NCBI GenBank assembly: GCA_963745025.1
Contig: CAVUWD010000008.1
Coordinates: 32,001 to 96,000 of the forward strand
Source of the DNA: an uncultured delta proteobacterium
Lineage (GTDB): Bacteria; Desulfobacterota; Binatia; JACPRU01
Direction: 5' to 3'
DNA: 64,000 bases
The notes below the pieces were generated by a model. That model worked only from the letters and a program-made list of their open reading frames with translations. It ran no database searches and was not told the DNA's origin. Shown here in pieces: positions 1-11,687 of this stretch (the stretch's first letter is position 1; every line of letters starts with the position of its first letter). A program made the position numbers and the translations under genes.

Positions 1-158
1 AGTCTTCCCGACCACCTATTACCTGACCATCGCCCGCGGCACGTTCTCGAAGGCGCTCGGCTTCTATCCGCCTGCGACTGTCGTTCGTCCCGCTGCTGAT
101 CACCGTGCCCGTGTTGCTCGCGCTCACCGGGGCGCTGCTCCAGAAGCAGGAGAAGTGA
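1..158 (+). CDS. 3' end of ABC transporter permease/ATPase (RbbA-like), truncated by window edge
   Basis: Reads FPTTYYLTIARGTFSK...LLQKQEK*, a typical ABC-2 permease C-terminus; directly upstream of a YhhJ-like permease. Confidence 0.7.
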
Positions 159-161
159 ATC

Positions 162-1290
162 GTGCGGGCGTCGAACATCCTGCATTTGGGCGTCAAGGAG
201 CTGCGGAGCCTCGCGCGCGATCCCGTGATGCTGGTGCTGATCGTCTGGGGCTTCACCTTCGCGGTCTACGCCGCCGCGACGGTGAAGCCGGAGACGCTGA
301 GCAAGGCGCCGATCGGCATCGTGGACGAGGACCGGTCGCCGCTCTCGACGCGCATCTCGAGCGCCTTCTATCTGCCGTACTTCACGCCGCCGATCGTTGG
401 TCACGCAGCAGGAGATGGACGCGCGGATGGACGTCGGGGCTCGACACCTTCGCGCTGGACATCCCGCCCGATTTCCAGCGCGATCTGCTCGCTGGGCGGC
501 GGCCGACGATCCAGCTCAACGTCGACGCGACCCGCGTGTGACCAGGCGTACACCGGGCAGCGGCTACGTCCAGGACGATCGTCACGACCGAGGTGCAGGC
601 GTTCGTCGAGCGCCACCGGGCCAAGATGGCGCTCCCGGTCGACCTGGCCGAGCGGGTGCGCTTCAACCCGCAGCTCACCAAGTCCTGGTTCGGCGGCATC
701 ATGGAGCTGATCAACCAGGTGACCATGCTGGCGGTCGTGCTCACCGGCGCGGCACTGATCCGCGAGCGCGAGCACGGCACGGTCGAGCATCTGCTCGTCA
801 TGCCGGTCACGCCCTTCGAGATCATGACGAGCAAGGTCTGGGCGAATGGGCTCGTCGTCCTCGTCGCCTGCGCCGTTGTCGCTCGTCGTTCGTCATCCAG
901 GGCGTGCTGGCGGTGCCGATCGAGGGTTCGGTCGCGCTGTTCCTCGTCGGCGCCGCGCTGCATCTCTTCGCCACGACGTCGCTCGGCATCTTCCTCGGCA
1001 CGATCGCCCGCTCGATGCCGCAGTTCGGGCTGCTCTTCATGATCACGCTGATGCCGTTGCTGATGCTGTCCGGTGGAATCACGCCTCGCGAGAGCATGCC
1101 GGAAGCCGTGCAGATGGTGATGTTGGCGGCTCCGACGACGCATTTCGTGATGCTGGCGCAAGCGATCCTCTATCGCGGCGCCGGGCTGGACGTCGTCTGG
1201 CGGCAGTTCGTCGTCCTGTTCGCAATCGGCGCGGCGCTGTTCGGCTACGCGCTCGCGCGCTTCCGCGCGACGATCGGCACGATGATGTGA
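162..1290 (+). CDS. ABC-2 type transporter permease (YhhJ-like), several frameshifts
   Basis: Pieces in three frames: MRASNILHLGVKELRSLARD; LTGAALIREREHGTVEHLLVMPV; ARSMPQFGLL..LSGGITPRESMP. Confidence 0.85.
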
Positions 1291-1416
1291 CCGTCCGGAT
1301 GAACCAGGCGCCGATGCGCCGGCTGGCCGGATGCAGGGCACATCCGGCGATGCGCTGGCCCGTGGCATCGCGGCATCGATCGCTGAACTACGTCATCTCA
1401 GTGCAAGCGAAGTAAG

Positions 1417-1890
1417 ATGCAGCACTATATAAACCTTCTGGTACCGTTGGACGGATCAAAGACGGCAGAAGCCGCGCTGCCGCACGCCATCGGCTTGGCA
1501 AAGATCGAACACGCAGCAGTGACGCTGCTGTTGGTCGTGCTGCCCATCGAGGACGTCATCGCGACCGGCTCTAGTGAGCCAATTTACGTCGACGAGCAGT
1601 GGGCGGCCAAGAAGCAGCGCGCCTTGTCGTACTTGGATGGCGTCCGTGAGCGACAGGAAGACGGCCTGCTCATCCGTACCGCAGTCGAGACCGGTCCCGT
1701 CGCTGCGACAATCATCGACTACGCGGTACGAAAATCCGTAGACCTCATCGTGCTCGCCACGCACGGACGCTCGGGGGTGCAGCGGTGGCTCCTGGGAAGC
1801 GTCGCCGAAAAGGTGTTGCACGCAGCCCGACAGACCGTCCTTCTCGTGCGGGCGTCTCCTGCTGCTGACAGTCCGCGCCCAAACGCGTGA
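1417..1890 (+). CDS. Universal stress protein (UspA family)
   Basis: LLVPLDGS N-terminus and DLIVLATHGRSG..LLGSVAEKVL C-terminal motif. Confidence 0.95.
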   Translation: MQHYINLLVPLDGSKTAEAALPHAIGLAKIEHAAVTLLLVVLPIEDVIATGSSEPIYVDEQWAAKKQRALSYLDGVRERQEDGLLIRTAVETGPVAATIIDYAVRKSVDLIVLATHGRSGVQRWLLGSVAEKVLHAARQTVLLVRASPAADSPRPNA

Positions 1891-1975
1891 GACAGACATG
1901 ACGAACCCCCTTCACGCTGTGCCGCGCGGAGTCCTCCAAGACGCGGCACATTGAGGATGGCCGAGGGGGAGAAGC

Positions 1976-2457
1976 ATGAGCCGCGAACAGTCCATGTCCA
2001 CCACGAGCGGCGACGAGCCCTTAGTTAGCCACCAATCCCGAGGTGTTTGCGGCGATATTTCAGCAGAACTGGGAAAACGTGCGCCATATCAAGAGCGAAC
2101 GCATGTGGTTCTTGAACACACACGCCATCACGAGCGCCGGCACCCTGTCGTTGCTCCAAACTATTCATGGCGAATTCGTACTTCAATTGTCGTTGCTCCT
2201 GTGCATGTGCGTTCTCTCGGCCATCGGAGTACTCATCAGTTTGCGCTTGAAGGCCGAGTTGGAGGAGTGCCTGGAGAAAATTCAGGCACATGGTCGCGCG
2301 GGCGCAGGTGGACGATTTCATGGCGCTCGGGCGGCTCGAAGGTCGTTGGTCACGTTACCCCGCCTTCCGGTGGGTCTTCCCGGTCCTCTATGCGTTATCG
2401 ATGGTGCTGTTCTTCGCACTCTTCGTGTATCGACTGGCACTCCGGCCTCAGCCGTGA
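1976..2457 (+). CDS. Hypothetical membrane protein, frameshifted
   Basis: Joined frames give ...FQQNWENVRHIKSERMWF...hydrophobic helices...FRWVFPVLYALSMVLFFALFVYRL; stop at 2455-2457. Confidence 0.5.
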
Positions 2458-2491
2458 GGTTGCACCGTCGCGCGTCGCCCGGACCGCCGCC

Positions 2492-4610
2492 ATGACCGTT
2501 GCTCCAGGCCGGAGTTTTCCGCTCGGTGCCACCGTCGTCGACGGCGGCGTCAACTTTTGCGTCTATTCCGGGCGCGCGAAGCAGTTGGAGCTCCTGCTGT
2601 TCAATGGCGCAACCGACGCTGACCCAGCCCGCGTCGTTCGACTCGAGGCGTCCGACTCACCGGAGCTACCATTTCTGGCACGCCTTCATTCCCGGCCTTT
2701 GCCCTGGGCAAGTCTACGCATACCGGGCGGCAGGGCCCTTCGACCCCGCGCGTGGACGCCGGTTCGATCCGGCGAAGGTACTGCTCGACCCCTATGCCCG
2801 CGCCGTCGTCGTGCCGGACGCATACGATCGCGCTACAGCAAGCCGCCCCGGCGGGAACACCGCGAGCTCGATGCGAAGCGTGGTCGTAGATCCCGACACT
2901 TACGACTGGGAAGGCGACGCCCCGCTGCGGCGGCCTTTCGCCACCACCGTGATCTATGAGATGCACGTCGCCGGCTTCACGCGGCATCCAAACTCGGGCG
3001 TCGCACCCGCACGGCGAGGCACGTATGCCGGGATGATCGAAAAGATTCCTTACCTGCAGGATCTCGGGATCACCGCGGTCGAGCTCCTCCCGGTGTTCCA
3101 GTTCGACCGGCAAGATTGCCCGCCCGGCCTGGTCAACTACTGGGGGTATTCGCCGGTCTCCTTCTTCGCGCCGCACGCCGGCTATAGCTCACGCCGCGAT
3201 CCGCTTGCCCCCGTCGACGAGTTTCGGGATCTCGTGAAGGCGCTGCATCGCGCGGGCATCGAGGTGATCCTAGATGTCGTGTACAACCACACGGCCGAAG
3301 GCAACCACGAAGGACCGACGCTGTCCTGGCGTGGCCTCGACAACGAAACATACTACATCCTCGAGGCCGACCGCGCCCGGTATGCGAATTACAGCGGCAC
3401 CGGCAACACGTTGAACGCGAATGAGGCCGTCGTGCGGCGCATGATCCTCGACAGCCTGCGCTACTGGGTGGCGCAAATGCACGTGGACGGCTTTCGCTTC
3501 GATCTCGCGTCCGTCCTGTCGCGCGACGAGTCGGGTCGGTCGCTCCCGCGCCCTCCCGTCCTGTGGGACATCCAGTCGGATCCGGTCCTGGCCGGAACCA
3601 AGCTGATCGCGGAGGCGTGGGATGCGGCCGGCCTCTACCAGGTGGGCAGCTTTCCCGGCGACACTTGGCAGGAGTGGAACGGCAAGTTCCGCGACGACGT
3701 CCGGAGGTTCGTGAAGTCGGACAACGATACCGTGACGGCCTTTGCCTACCGCTGTTTCGGCAGTCCCGATCTCTATGCCGAAGAGGAACGCGGACCGGAA
3801 CAGAGCATCAACTTCATCACCTCCCACGACGGGTTCACGCTGAACGACTTGGTGAGCTACGACGACAAGCACAACGAGGCCAACGGGGAGGGCAGCCGCG
3901 ACGGGTCCGACTTCAACCTCAGTTGGAACTGCGGGGCGGAAGGGCCGACGGCCGATCCGGAAATCGAGCGGCTGCGCGAGCGCCAGGTGAAGAACTTCCT
4001 GGCCATCACGCTGCTATCGCTCGGCACACCGATGTTGCTGATGGGCGACGAGGTGCGACGCACCCAGCGTGGCAACAACAACGTCTACTGCCAAGACAAC
4101 GAGATCAGCTGGTTCGACTGGACGCTCCTCAAGACACACCGAGCTCTCCACCGCTTCGTGAAGACCCTTGTCCGCCAGCGGCTGATGCTCGGCGACGAGC
4201 TGGGCGTCCAGGGCGTGAGCCTGAACGAGATCTTGCGTGAGGCGGAGATCCAGCTGCATGGTGTCAAGTTGAACAGTCCCGATCTGAGCCCCGAGTCGCA
4301 CAGTCTCGCGATCACGGTGCGCGGCAGAGGGCGGACGGCGCTGTTTCACGCTATGTTCAACGCATACTGGGAGCCGTTGGTCTTCGAGCTGCCGCCCGTC
4401 GTGTCAGGCGTTCATGGGCCGTGGCGACGCTGGATCGACACGTACCAAGATGCGCCGCACGACATCTACGATTGGCCCGGCGGGCCTGCGGTGGAGGGAA
4501 CGAGCTACACGTTGCAAGCGCGCTCGCTCGTGGTGCTCTTCGCCGTGCGGGACTACGATGCATGTCGGACGGCGAATGCACGATCCGATAATGATCCACC
4601 GCCAAGCTGA
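2492..4610 (+). CDS. glgX: Glycogen debranching enzyme (isoamylase, GH13), one frameshift near 2655
   Basis: [57 protein letters not shown] motifs. Confidence 0.95.
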
Positions 4611-4797
4611 CCCGGGCGCCCGGCAACAATGTCCCCATTGGAGGCCTAAAAGTGCTGGCGAGAAGCGGCTGGTTCGCGGCTCGCCCCTCGGCCACAGACA
4701 TCTACAGTAGAGCTTCAAGAGCAGACCTGAACTCCATCGTGGCTCAGGCCCAAGAGATACTGAACAACGCGTAGCGTTCAGCAGCAGCGGGTCAGCA

Positions 4798-6339
4798 ATG
4801 AACATCACCGGCAAGGTCGCCATGGTTCCACCGTTTCCGTCGAAATACCGGAGTTCCGGCATACTGCTACACGTTACGTCCCTGCCATCGCCTTATGGGA
4901 TCGGCGATTTGGGACCATCCGCGTTTTCCTGGGTCGACCGACTCCATGACAGTGGGCAAGGATGGTGGCAGGCATTACCGCTTGGGCCGACCGGTTATGG
5001 AAACTCACCATACCAATCTCTGTCTTCCTTTGCGGGCAATGGTCTGCTCATCAGCCCCGAGTCCCTAATTTCGGATGGACTGCTCAACGCGACTGACTGC
5101 GCGTCAGACTTCTCTTCAGATCTTGTCGACTACGATTCCGTTATTCCTTTTAAGGAGAAGCTGCTCGAGAAGGCATGGAGAAGGTTCGATGCTGGCGAGC
5201 GACGCGATCTCCGCTCTGCTTACGGCGAATTCTGTGCCAACCAACGAGGCTGGCTGGAAGATTACGCGCTGTTTCGAGCGCTGAAGAACAAGTTTGGCGG
5301 CTCCCACTATCTCGAGTGGCCAGAGGATTTGATGCAGCGCAAACCCGCTGCTTTAGCGAAAGCCCGGCGCGATCTTGCCAATGAAATTGATCGCTTCCGC
5401 TTCGAACAATTTCTGCTGCTGAGGCAAGCAGAACAGCTCAAGGAATACGCGCACGGCAAGGGTCTGAGCCTGATTGGTGACCTTCCATTCTTTGTTTCAC
5501 CGGATTCCAGCGATCTGTGGGCGAACCCGGAGTTATTCCTGCTGGATGAGCGGCGGCGGCCGCGTTTCGTCGCTGGAGTTCCTCCCGATTACTTCAGCGC
5601 CGAGGGACAGCTATGGGGCAATCCCGTCTACAACTGGGATGCGCGTCGTTCTACCGGCTATCGGTGGTGTCTCGACAGGATTCGCACTCTGCTGGATCAC
5701 GTAGACGTGATCCGCCTGGACCATTTCCGAGGTTTCGCGGCTGCTTGGCATGTCCCAGCCGGGGCCAAGACAGCGCAGTCCGGCCAGTGGCTAGCCGGGC
5801 CAGGAGCCAACTTTTTCGAGGCGATCCAGCGAGACCTCGGGCGCTTGCCATTTATCGCCGAGGACCTTGGCACCATCACTACCGACGTAGGACTTCTGCG
5901 CGACCAATTTCAAGTGCCAGGCACGCGAGTTCTCCAGTTCGCGTTCGACGGCAATGTTGAAAATCCTCATCTTCCCCACAACTTTCTCAGCAACACCGTG
6001 GCGTACACAGGCACGCATGACAACCCGACAACTCGCGAATGGTACGAACAATTGCCCGATTCTCAGAGACAAACGTTATGGAAATATCTCAAGCGCCGGC
6101 TCTTGAATAGTGCAGAAGCTGCACCAGCGCTGATCGAACTGGCATGGTCATCCGTGGCAGCTCTGACGGTCGCGCCATTACAGGACGTTCTTGATCTCGG
6201 CGTTGGAAGTCGAATGAACGTACCTGGTCGTGTGGGCGGAAACTGGCGTTGGCGCTTGGTCGACAAGATGTTGTCGACAGCCGCCTTCCAATGGCTGTGC
6301 GAATTGACGGAGAAGTGTAAGCGTCGCGCGAACCCCTGA
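4798..6339 (+). CDS. malQ: 4-alpha-glucanotransferase (GH77)
   Basis: RSSGILLHVTSLP, GVPPDYFS..GQLWGNP, RLDHFRGF, IAEDLG, YTGTHDN, RMNVPG..NWRWR. Confidence 0.95.
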   Translation: MNITGKVAMVPPFPSKYRSSGILLHVTSLPSPYGIGDLGPSAFSWVDRLHDSGQGWWQALPLGPTGYGNSPYQSLSSFAGNGLLISPESLISDGLLNATDCASDFSSDLVDYDSVIPFKEKLLEKAWRRFDAGERRDLRSAYGEFCANQRGWLEDYALFRALKNKFGGSHYLEWPEDLMQRKPAALAKARRDLANEIDRFRFEQFLLLRQAEQLKEYAHGKGLSLIGDLPFFVSPDSSDLWANPELFLLDERRRPRFVAGVPPDYFSAEGQLWGNPVYNWDARRSTGYRWCLDRIRTLLDHVDVIRLDHFRGFAAAWHVPAGAKTAQSGQWLAGPGANFFEAIQRDLGRLPFIAEDLGTITTDVGLLRDQFQVPGTRVLQFAFDGNVENPHLPHNFLSNTVAYTGTHDNPTTREWYEQLPDSQRQTLWKYLKRRLLNSAEAAPALIELAWSSVAALTVAPLQDVLDLGVGSRMNVPGRVGGNWRWRLVDKMLSTAAFQWLCELTEKCKRRANP

Positions 6340-6660
6340 TCATGCCGCTGCAGACCCTTCCGGTGCTTTCACGCCACGGGCGAGCATGCCCTAGTGCATC
6401 CAGACCACCATGCTCGGCGCGCGAACACGGACTTCGTCACGGTCACGCAGACGGTGCTGTTCCGCGGTGCCGGCATGGAGGGCGTAGCCGCAATTCGCCG
6501 CGCTTGCGCTCATCGGCAGCGTTGATGTTCGTCGCGCTTTCGCAGGATCTTCGGATCGATGGCATGAGGGGCGACTCAGCGCGAGTTTGATGCGCGCGCA
6601 CGCTGCGAGAGAAGCGTGCAAACCATCCCGAGGGAGTGCTAGAGCGACGGAGGATCTGCG

Positions 6661-7074
6661 ATGAGGGAATCCAGAGAACATCTGAGATGGCTCCCGCTCG
6701 TGGCGCTGCTCTTCGTCGGCGGCGCGGTCCAAGCAGTGGCCGAGGAGCAGTTGCCGCCCCCGACTTGGGGGAAAAAGCTTTTTGTGCGGCACTGTTCGGC
6801 GTGCCACGGATCGGACGGGCGTGGGGCCGGCCCCGCAGCGGCCGCTCTGAAGACGGCGCCTCCCGACTTGACACAGCTCCGCCGAACCCATGAGGGCAAG
6901 TTCCCCTTCCTCCGGGTCGTGGAGTTCATCGACGGCGAACGCCCGGTCCCGGCGCACGGATCTCGTGAGATGCCGATCTGGGGACACGTCTTTCGCTGGA
7001 AGGAAAGCGACACCGGCGCGAGGGCTCAGGTCTATGCGCTCGCTCAGTACATCGAATCGATTCAACAAGAGTAG
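6661..7074 (+). CDS. Periplasmic c-type cytochrome
   Basis: Signal peptide, CSACH heme motif, PPDLT, HGSREMPIWG with distal Met. Confidence 0.9.
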   Translation: MRESREHLRWLPLVALLFVGGAVQAVAEEQLPPPTWGKKLFVRHCSACHGSDGRGAGPAAAALKTAPPDLTQLRRTHEGKFPFLRVVEFIDGERPVPAHGSREMPIWGHVFRWKESDTGARAQVYALAQYIESIQQE

Positions 7075-7643
7075 GCCGCTTCTGCGAAGACGCGGGCGAG
7101 GCCATGATCAACCTCTTCGTCGCCGGACTACTTCTGCCGGTCACGCATCTCGGAATTTCCAGCTCGGCGCTGCGAACGAGAATCGCCGCGAACGGGACGC
7201 TCGAGGTTTCGGCCGCGAACCGCCCCACTGCCGACCGCGCCGGCGTGCCTTCTTGGCGTCGAGCAGCGGCGCGCCGGTCAACCCGAGCGAGCCGACACTC
7301 CCGAACGAGAGCACGCTCGCGAGATCCCTCGTGACGGCGATGTGACCCACCGCCCAGAGGCCGACCTCCCAGAGAAAGGGGTTTCCTGTGACGCCATGAT
7401 TACTCGCCGACCGAACCGCGTCAAGGGGCAGCCGATTGATCCGGCGGTGCTGTTCGCGCGCCGCGGCCTAGGGGCCGAACGACCGGCGGTTGAGCGGACG
7501 GCGGTCACCACCGTTTGCATCAAGTAGGATGCTGCCCGCCGGTCGCTCATTGGTCCTATATCGAATGACGATCACGACTGTGCTGTAATTAACGAGGTGG
7601 CTGGAAACATCGAAGAGGAGCTCGCCGCTCAAAGGACCTCCGC

Positions 7644-8553
7644 ATGACTGCGCCGCGCACGCCACGCGTGGGACTTGCACTGGGCAGCGGCTCCGCCCGT
7701 GGCTGGGCGCACATAGGCGTCATCCACGCGCTGGAGAAGGCAGGCGTTCGTCCAGATATCGTGTGCGGAACATCGATCGGCGCATTGGTCGGTGCCGCCT
7801 ACGCGGCAGGTGAGCTGGATCGCCTCGAAAGCTGGGTACTTGAATTGAGAATCGGGGACGTGCGTCGGGTTCATGGACGTAAGCCTGAGCGGTGGAGTGC
7901 TCAAGGGCGATCGTCTGATGGGATTCTTCCGCCGCAATTGGGCAGACCGTTCGATCGACGAGCTCGGTGTGCCGTTCGGAACGGTCGCGACTTCGCTACG
8001 TACGGGGGCGGAAGTCTGGCTGCGCCACGGCTCGACCCTCGACGCCGTGCGCGCCTCGATCGCCCTGCCAGGGTTATTCGCCCCCGTGCGATGGGAAGGA
8101 TCGTTGCTGGTTGATGGCGGTCTGGTCAACCCTATACCGGTGTCGCTGGCGCGCGCGATGGGCGCGGATATCGTGATCGCAGTCGACCTCGGGTCCGACA
8201 TCCTGGGCCGCCGATTTCGCGCGGCCTCGGCACCGGAAGCGGCGGCCGGCGCCGTTCCCAACTGGATGCGCAAGCTAAAGGAACACCTCAGCGCGCTCGC
8301 ACCCGAGAAGTCGCCTGACGAACCCGCAATGCCCTCGATCCTCGACGTCCTGACCACATGCATGGACATCGTTGAGGTGAGGATTGCCCGCAGCCGCATG
8401 GCTGGCGAGCCACCGGAGGTGGTTGTCGCACCACGGTTGGCGCGCCTTCGGCTGCTCGATTTTCACCGGGCGAAGGAAGCGATTGAGGAAGGTCATCGCG
8501 CGGTGGAGCGAGTCGCTCACAATCTTGCTGTGCTCAACGATCATGCATTGTGA
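7644..8553 (+). CDS. rssA: Patatin-like phospholipase (RssA-like), frameshift near 7862
   Basis: [20 protein letters not shown] nucleophile elbow, LVDGG. Confidence 0.85.
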
Positions 8554-8665
8554 CCGCGGCAATCCGGAACTGCCGCGTGCGATTTCGTGATGATCCTGAA
8601 ACAAGCGACCATCATCCGTGTCGGAGAATGAAACCACGAAGAACGCGAAGTTCACGAAGAGAACA

Positions 8666-8747
8666 AGAACCTGCCCAGGGCGGAGGCCGGGCACGAAGGC
8701 GCGCCAATAATGGTACTTCGGCCCGACTCGTCGCGCGATAGAACGGA
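8666..8747 (-). pseudogene. Scrambled two-piece glgX remnant
   Basis: Minus strand encodes [10 protein letters not shown] (26/29 nt match to 3510-3538) then YHYWRAFVPGLRPGQV (39/48 nt match to 2667-2714). Confidence 0.7.
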
Positions 8748-8808
8748 TCAAACCACTCGGGACCGGCCCGCGTAACCATGGCCTCTGCGCGGGCCAGCGC
8801 CACCTACG

Positions 8809-9576
8809 CTATCTCGAGTAATCGATCAGCTCGGTAGTCGTGACGGTGCTCATCCCGGGTGCGCCGCGTGTGCCAGTGCCCGCGCGATTCGTGCCGAGAT
8901 CGCTCATGCCACCCGTCTCAGCTTTCGCCTCCGCCTTCACCATCCCAATACCCTTGACCAGCCAGTATGTGGAAGTCGTGTGCGTTGTCATGCCGGACAT
9001 CGTCGCGGCCGGCTGGTTTCCGTCGTTTCTGTTCACCTCGGGTATCGGTGTGCCAATTTCGTTTTCGGCGGTGATCTTCAGCGCCTCGAACGTCCCGGCG
9101 GGAACAGTCACTGACTCTGTACCGTCCACCTTATGGCGCGTCTTTATGTCGAAGATCAACGGTTCCGTGCTGGCCATCTCGATCGTCTCAGTTGTCTTCC
9201 AGGTGTAGCCAGCCTTCAGCTTCAGCGCGGGCGGCAGGAACGAGCCGGAGTGCCTCACGAACTTCACATCCGTCCCCTCGCGATCCTCTCCTAGCTTCGT
9301 GAAGTCGAGTGAGATCGCTCCACCGTCGCAATCGACCTCCATTTGCAACTTCTTTGCCGGCTCGCTTTTGTCGTGCATCCACGCAATCGCGACAGTCGCC
9401 TTGTCCTTATTGACGCTCTCGACTTTCCAAATCGACTCGTGGCCATTGGAGGACTTGTAGTGACGGGTGAGGCCCTTCCTCAGCGGCAAGTAAGGATGAT
9501 CACAGGCGGCGTCTGCAGCAGGACCCGAGAAGAGCGCGGCGGTGACGAGAACAACGGACGTGAACAACAGTCGCAC
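8809..9576 (-). CDS. Secreted hypothetical protein with ESVTVPAGTF motif (TapB/DUF3108-like)
   Basis: GGAGG RBS before GTG 9576; signal peptide; PYLPL, TVPAGTFEALKI and YWLVKGIGMVK motifs. Confidence 0.65.
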   Translation of the reverse strand: MRLLFTSVVLVTAALFSGPAADAACDHPYLPLRKGLTRHYKSSNGHESIWKVESVNKDKATVAIAWMHDKSEPAKKLQMEVDCDGGAISLDFTKLGEDREGTDVKFVRHSGSFLPPALKLKAGYTWKTTETIEMASTEPLIFDIKTRHKVDGTESVTVPAGTFEALKITAENEIGTPIPEVNRNDGNQPAATMSGMTTHTTSTYWLVKGIGMVKAEAKAETGGMSDLGTNRAGTGTRGAPGMSTVTTTELIDYSR

Positions 9577-10299
9577 GATACCTCCAATCTTGCGTGTCCG
9601 AGGAGGGCGAGTGCGGGCCCGCGCTCCCGGCAAAAGTGGTTGTAACTCGCTTGCGCGCGGGCGGCGTCTTGGGTCGCGAGCGCCGCGTCGCGCTGGACGG
9701 GGTCACGGCCTTTCTCATCTCAAGCTCGGCAACGTTTCTCCAGGTGCTTTTCGCGCCGTCTCGCGCGGTCGGCTATGTCCCTGAGTGGGTACCGAAAGCC
9801 TTGGCAGCTAACACGCATGAGCGCGTCGGCGGCATAATCCGAACCACAGGCTCCAAGCAGATCGCCTTGTGGCTGCGCGACGGCCTGTCTTCTCATCTTC
9901 GCTACCTGGCTTCTCGTGTTCGAGAGCTGACCCCCATTCGCCAACGGCATGATCGGCCATCATCCCCTTACGATTTCGTCCAGTATATACCGTGCTTGAT
10001 ATTTTCGACCCAAACGCGGCCAGCCGAGTCCTGGAATCGCCTATAACTCCATTGGCAGCCTTCATCGAGGAGTCGTCCGGTGACGGTACTTCCCAACCGT
10101 CCTGACACAGTCCGGTTTTGCGCAACTCCGGGTGAGTCGGCTGATCGGGAGTTCGGCCACTTGGCCAGATTGTAGCATTCCTGCTCTTTCGCTACTCGAT
10201 CAACGGACTGGGGATTGGTGGCAGAAGGTTTCGCCATCTCTTCGCTGGGTAATGCTGCGGGCAGCCGTGCCTGAGAACCGCGCCAGATCACCGCGTCAG

Positions 10300-10715
10300 C
10301 CGGGGGGCCTGGCCCTTGTTCCGCTGCCCCAGGCCGATCGACGGGTCGAACGCGGTGCGCCGCTCCTACTTCAGCGGCGAGGTGCAACAGCTGGACGAGC
10401 ACGAGCGTCTCGCCGCGCGCCAGTTCATGCTCGAGCAGCTCGAGCGCGCGGGAGTCACCGAGGTCGACCCGCCTTTTACCACGCCGGCGCGAAGCGAGTC
10501 GCTTGCTTGCCGTCGTCGTAGTGCTTCGTGATCGCGCCGATCGAGGTCTTGCTCGCCGAGGGAGCCCGAGCGCGAGTCGGTGCGCATGATCCTGCACGAG
10601 ATCGGGCACGCGATCTCAGATCTGCCGGTGCGCGAGTCCGGCAAGTCACTCGCTCGGCTCGAAGCGGACGGCACTGTTCCAGAAACCTCGGGGCGTGAGC
10701 AACACGCCGAGTCAA
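10300..10715 (+). pseudogene. Possible degraded zinc metallopeptidase fragment
   Basis: ILHEIGHA (HExxH) at ~10590-10612; the surrounding frame is broken by stops and frameshifts. Confidence 0.3.
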
Positions 10716-10755
10716 GGCGTTGTCCTGTCTTTGTCTACAAGAAACGAAAGAGGCA

Positions 10756-10785
10756 CCGGGCGCTATCTGTTAAGATAGCGCCCGG
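10756..10785 (-). terminator. Stem-loop, probable intrinsic terminator of the minus-strand recombinase fragment
   Basis: Perfect 13-bp stem CCGGGCGCTATCT/AGATAGCGCCCGG with 4-nt loop; T-rich run follows on the minus strand. Confidence 0.6.
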
Positions 10786-10813
10786 CTCTTCTTGTTCCGC
10801 CAAGTCGAGATAC

Positions 10814-11029
10814 TTAGATCGTGTCATGGTCGGGACAAGGCGCATCGGGCCGATGGGCTTCCGGCGATCTCTGCCCACGGAGAACCTTCCGAACGTTCTC
10901 AAGCGACCACGGCCTCTGCTGGAGCGTCTGCCAGCCGTTCTCGTTGAGGCGGCTTGCGATATCGGCCGGGGACAATCCTGCGGCCCCGAGCTCGCGGATG
11001 ATGCGGTGAACGTATGCAGATAACAACCT
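10814..11029 (-). pseudogene. C-terminal HTH piece of a second large serine recombinase
   Basis: LLSAYVHRIIRELGAAGLSPADIASRLNENGWQTLQQRPWS aligns with LLPPFTQRKARKLAAQGLRPCEVGRRLNELELFTKTGRPWT of the intact LSR. Confidence 0.75.
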
Positions 11030-11687
11030 ACTGTTCTGGGTACTCTCCCCACGATCTATATGCGAAGTCCACGGTTACGTCATGCAAGTTGCTTACCCTG
11101 GCGGGCGTGCTGCGCAGATCCGGTGCCCCGGGCTGAACCTAAAGGGTGGGCCTACCTGCATTACGCTGCCGGCGGGGCCTCTTGAACGCAGCATCGTCCC
11201 GTTGGCCCTGGCGCATCTGACGCCGGTCGGCATCTCGATTCTTCGCCAGGAATGGGAGGATCGAAAGAGGGGGAACAAAGAGCTGGCGGGCCTATCGGCG
11301 GAGACGCTCCGCCTGGCGAAGGAGCGGCTCAAGCGGACACGGCTTCTCTTCCTCGCTTGTGATCCATCCCGATCATCGAGAAGCCAATGCCATCCTTGAA
11401 ACTGAGCTCGACAACCAAGCTGCCGAAGTAAGACGGCTCGAAGAGGCTGTTCAAGACGATCAAGGCGAGCGTCCCGATTCCTTCAACGGGGCGGTGTGGA
11501 ACGAGATCGAACGCTTGTGGTCTAACGTAGCCGCGATTTGGGCCGCGTCCACGACGACCGTTGCGGATCGAATCGAGTTACTCGCAGCAATAATGGAACG
11601 CCTGGTTGTGCGACGGGATCGAGAGCGAATTTGCGGCACGATCGTGTGGCGAGACGGCACAGCAGGGACGCCTTTCGAAGGCAGGTT
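11030..11687 (+). pseudogene. Zinc-ribbon/coiled-coil piece of the second LSR, inverted relative to its C-terminus
   Basis: CEVH..MQVAY..RC..C..LPA and WAASTTTVADRIELLAAIMERLVV..IVWRD match CPVH..MMIHY..YC..CVSVPA and FMAETTTNEERKEVIRALVERVTV..IKWVD of the intact LSR. Confidence 0.75.
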
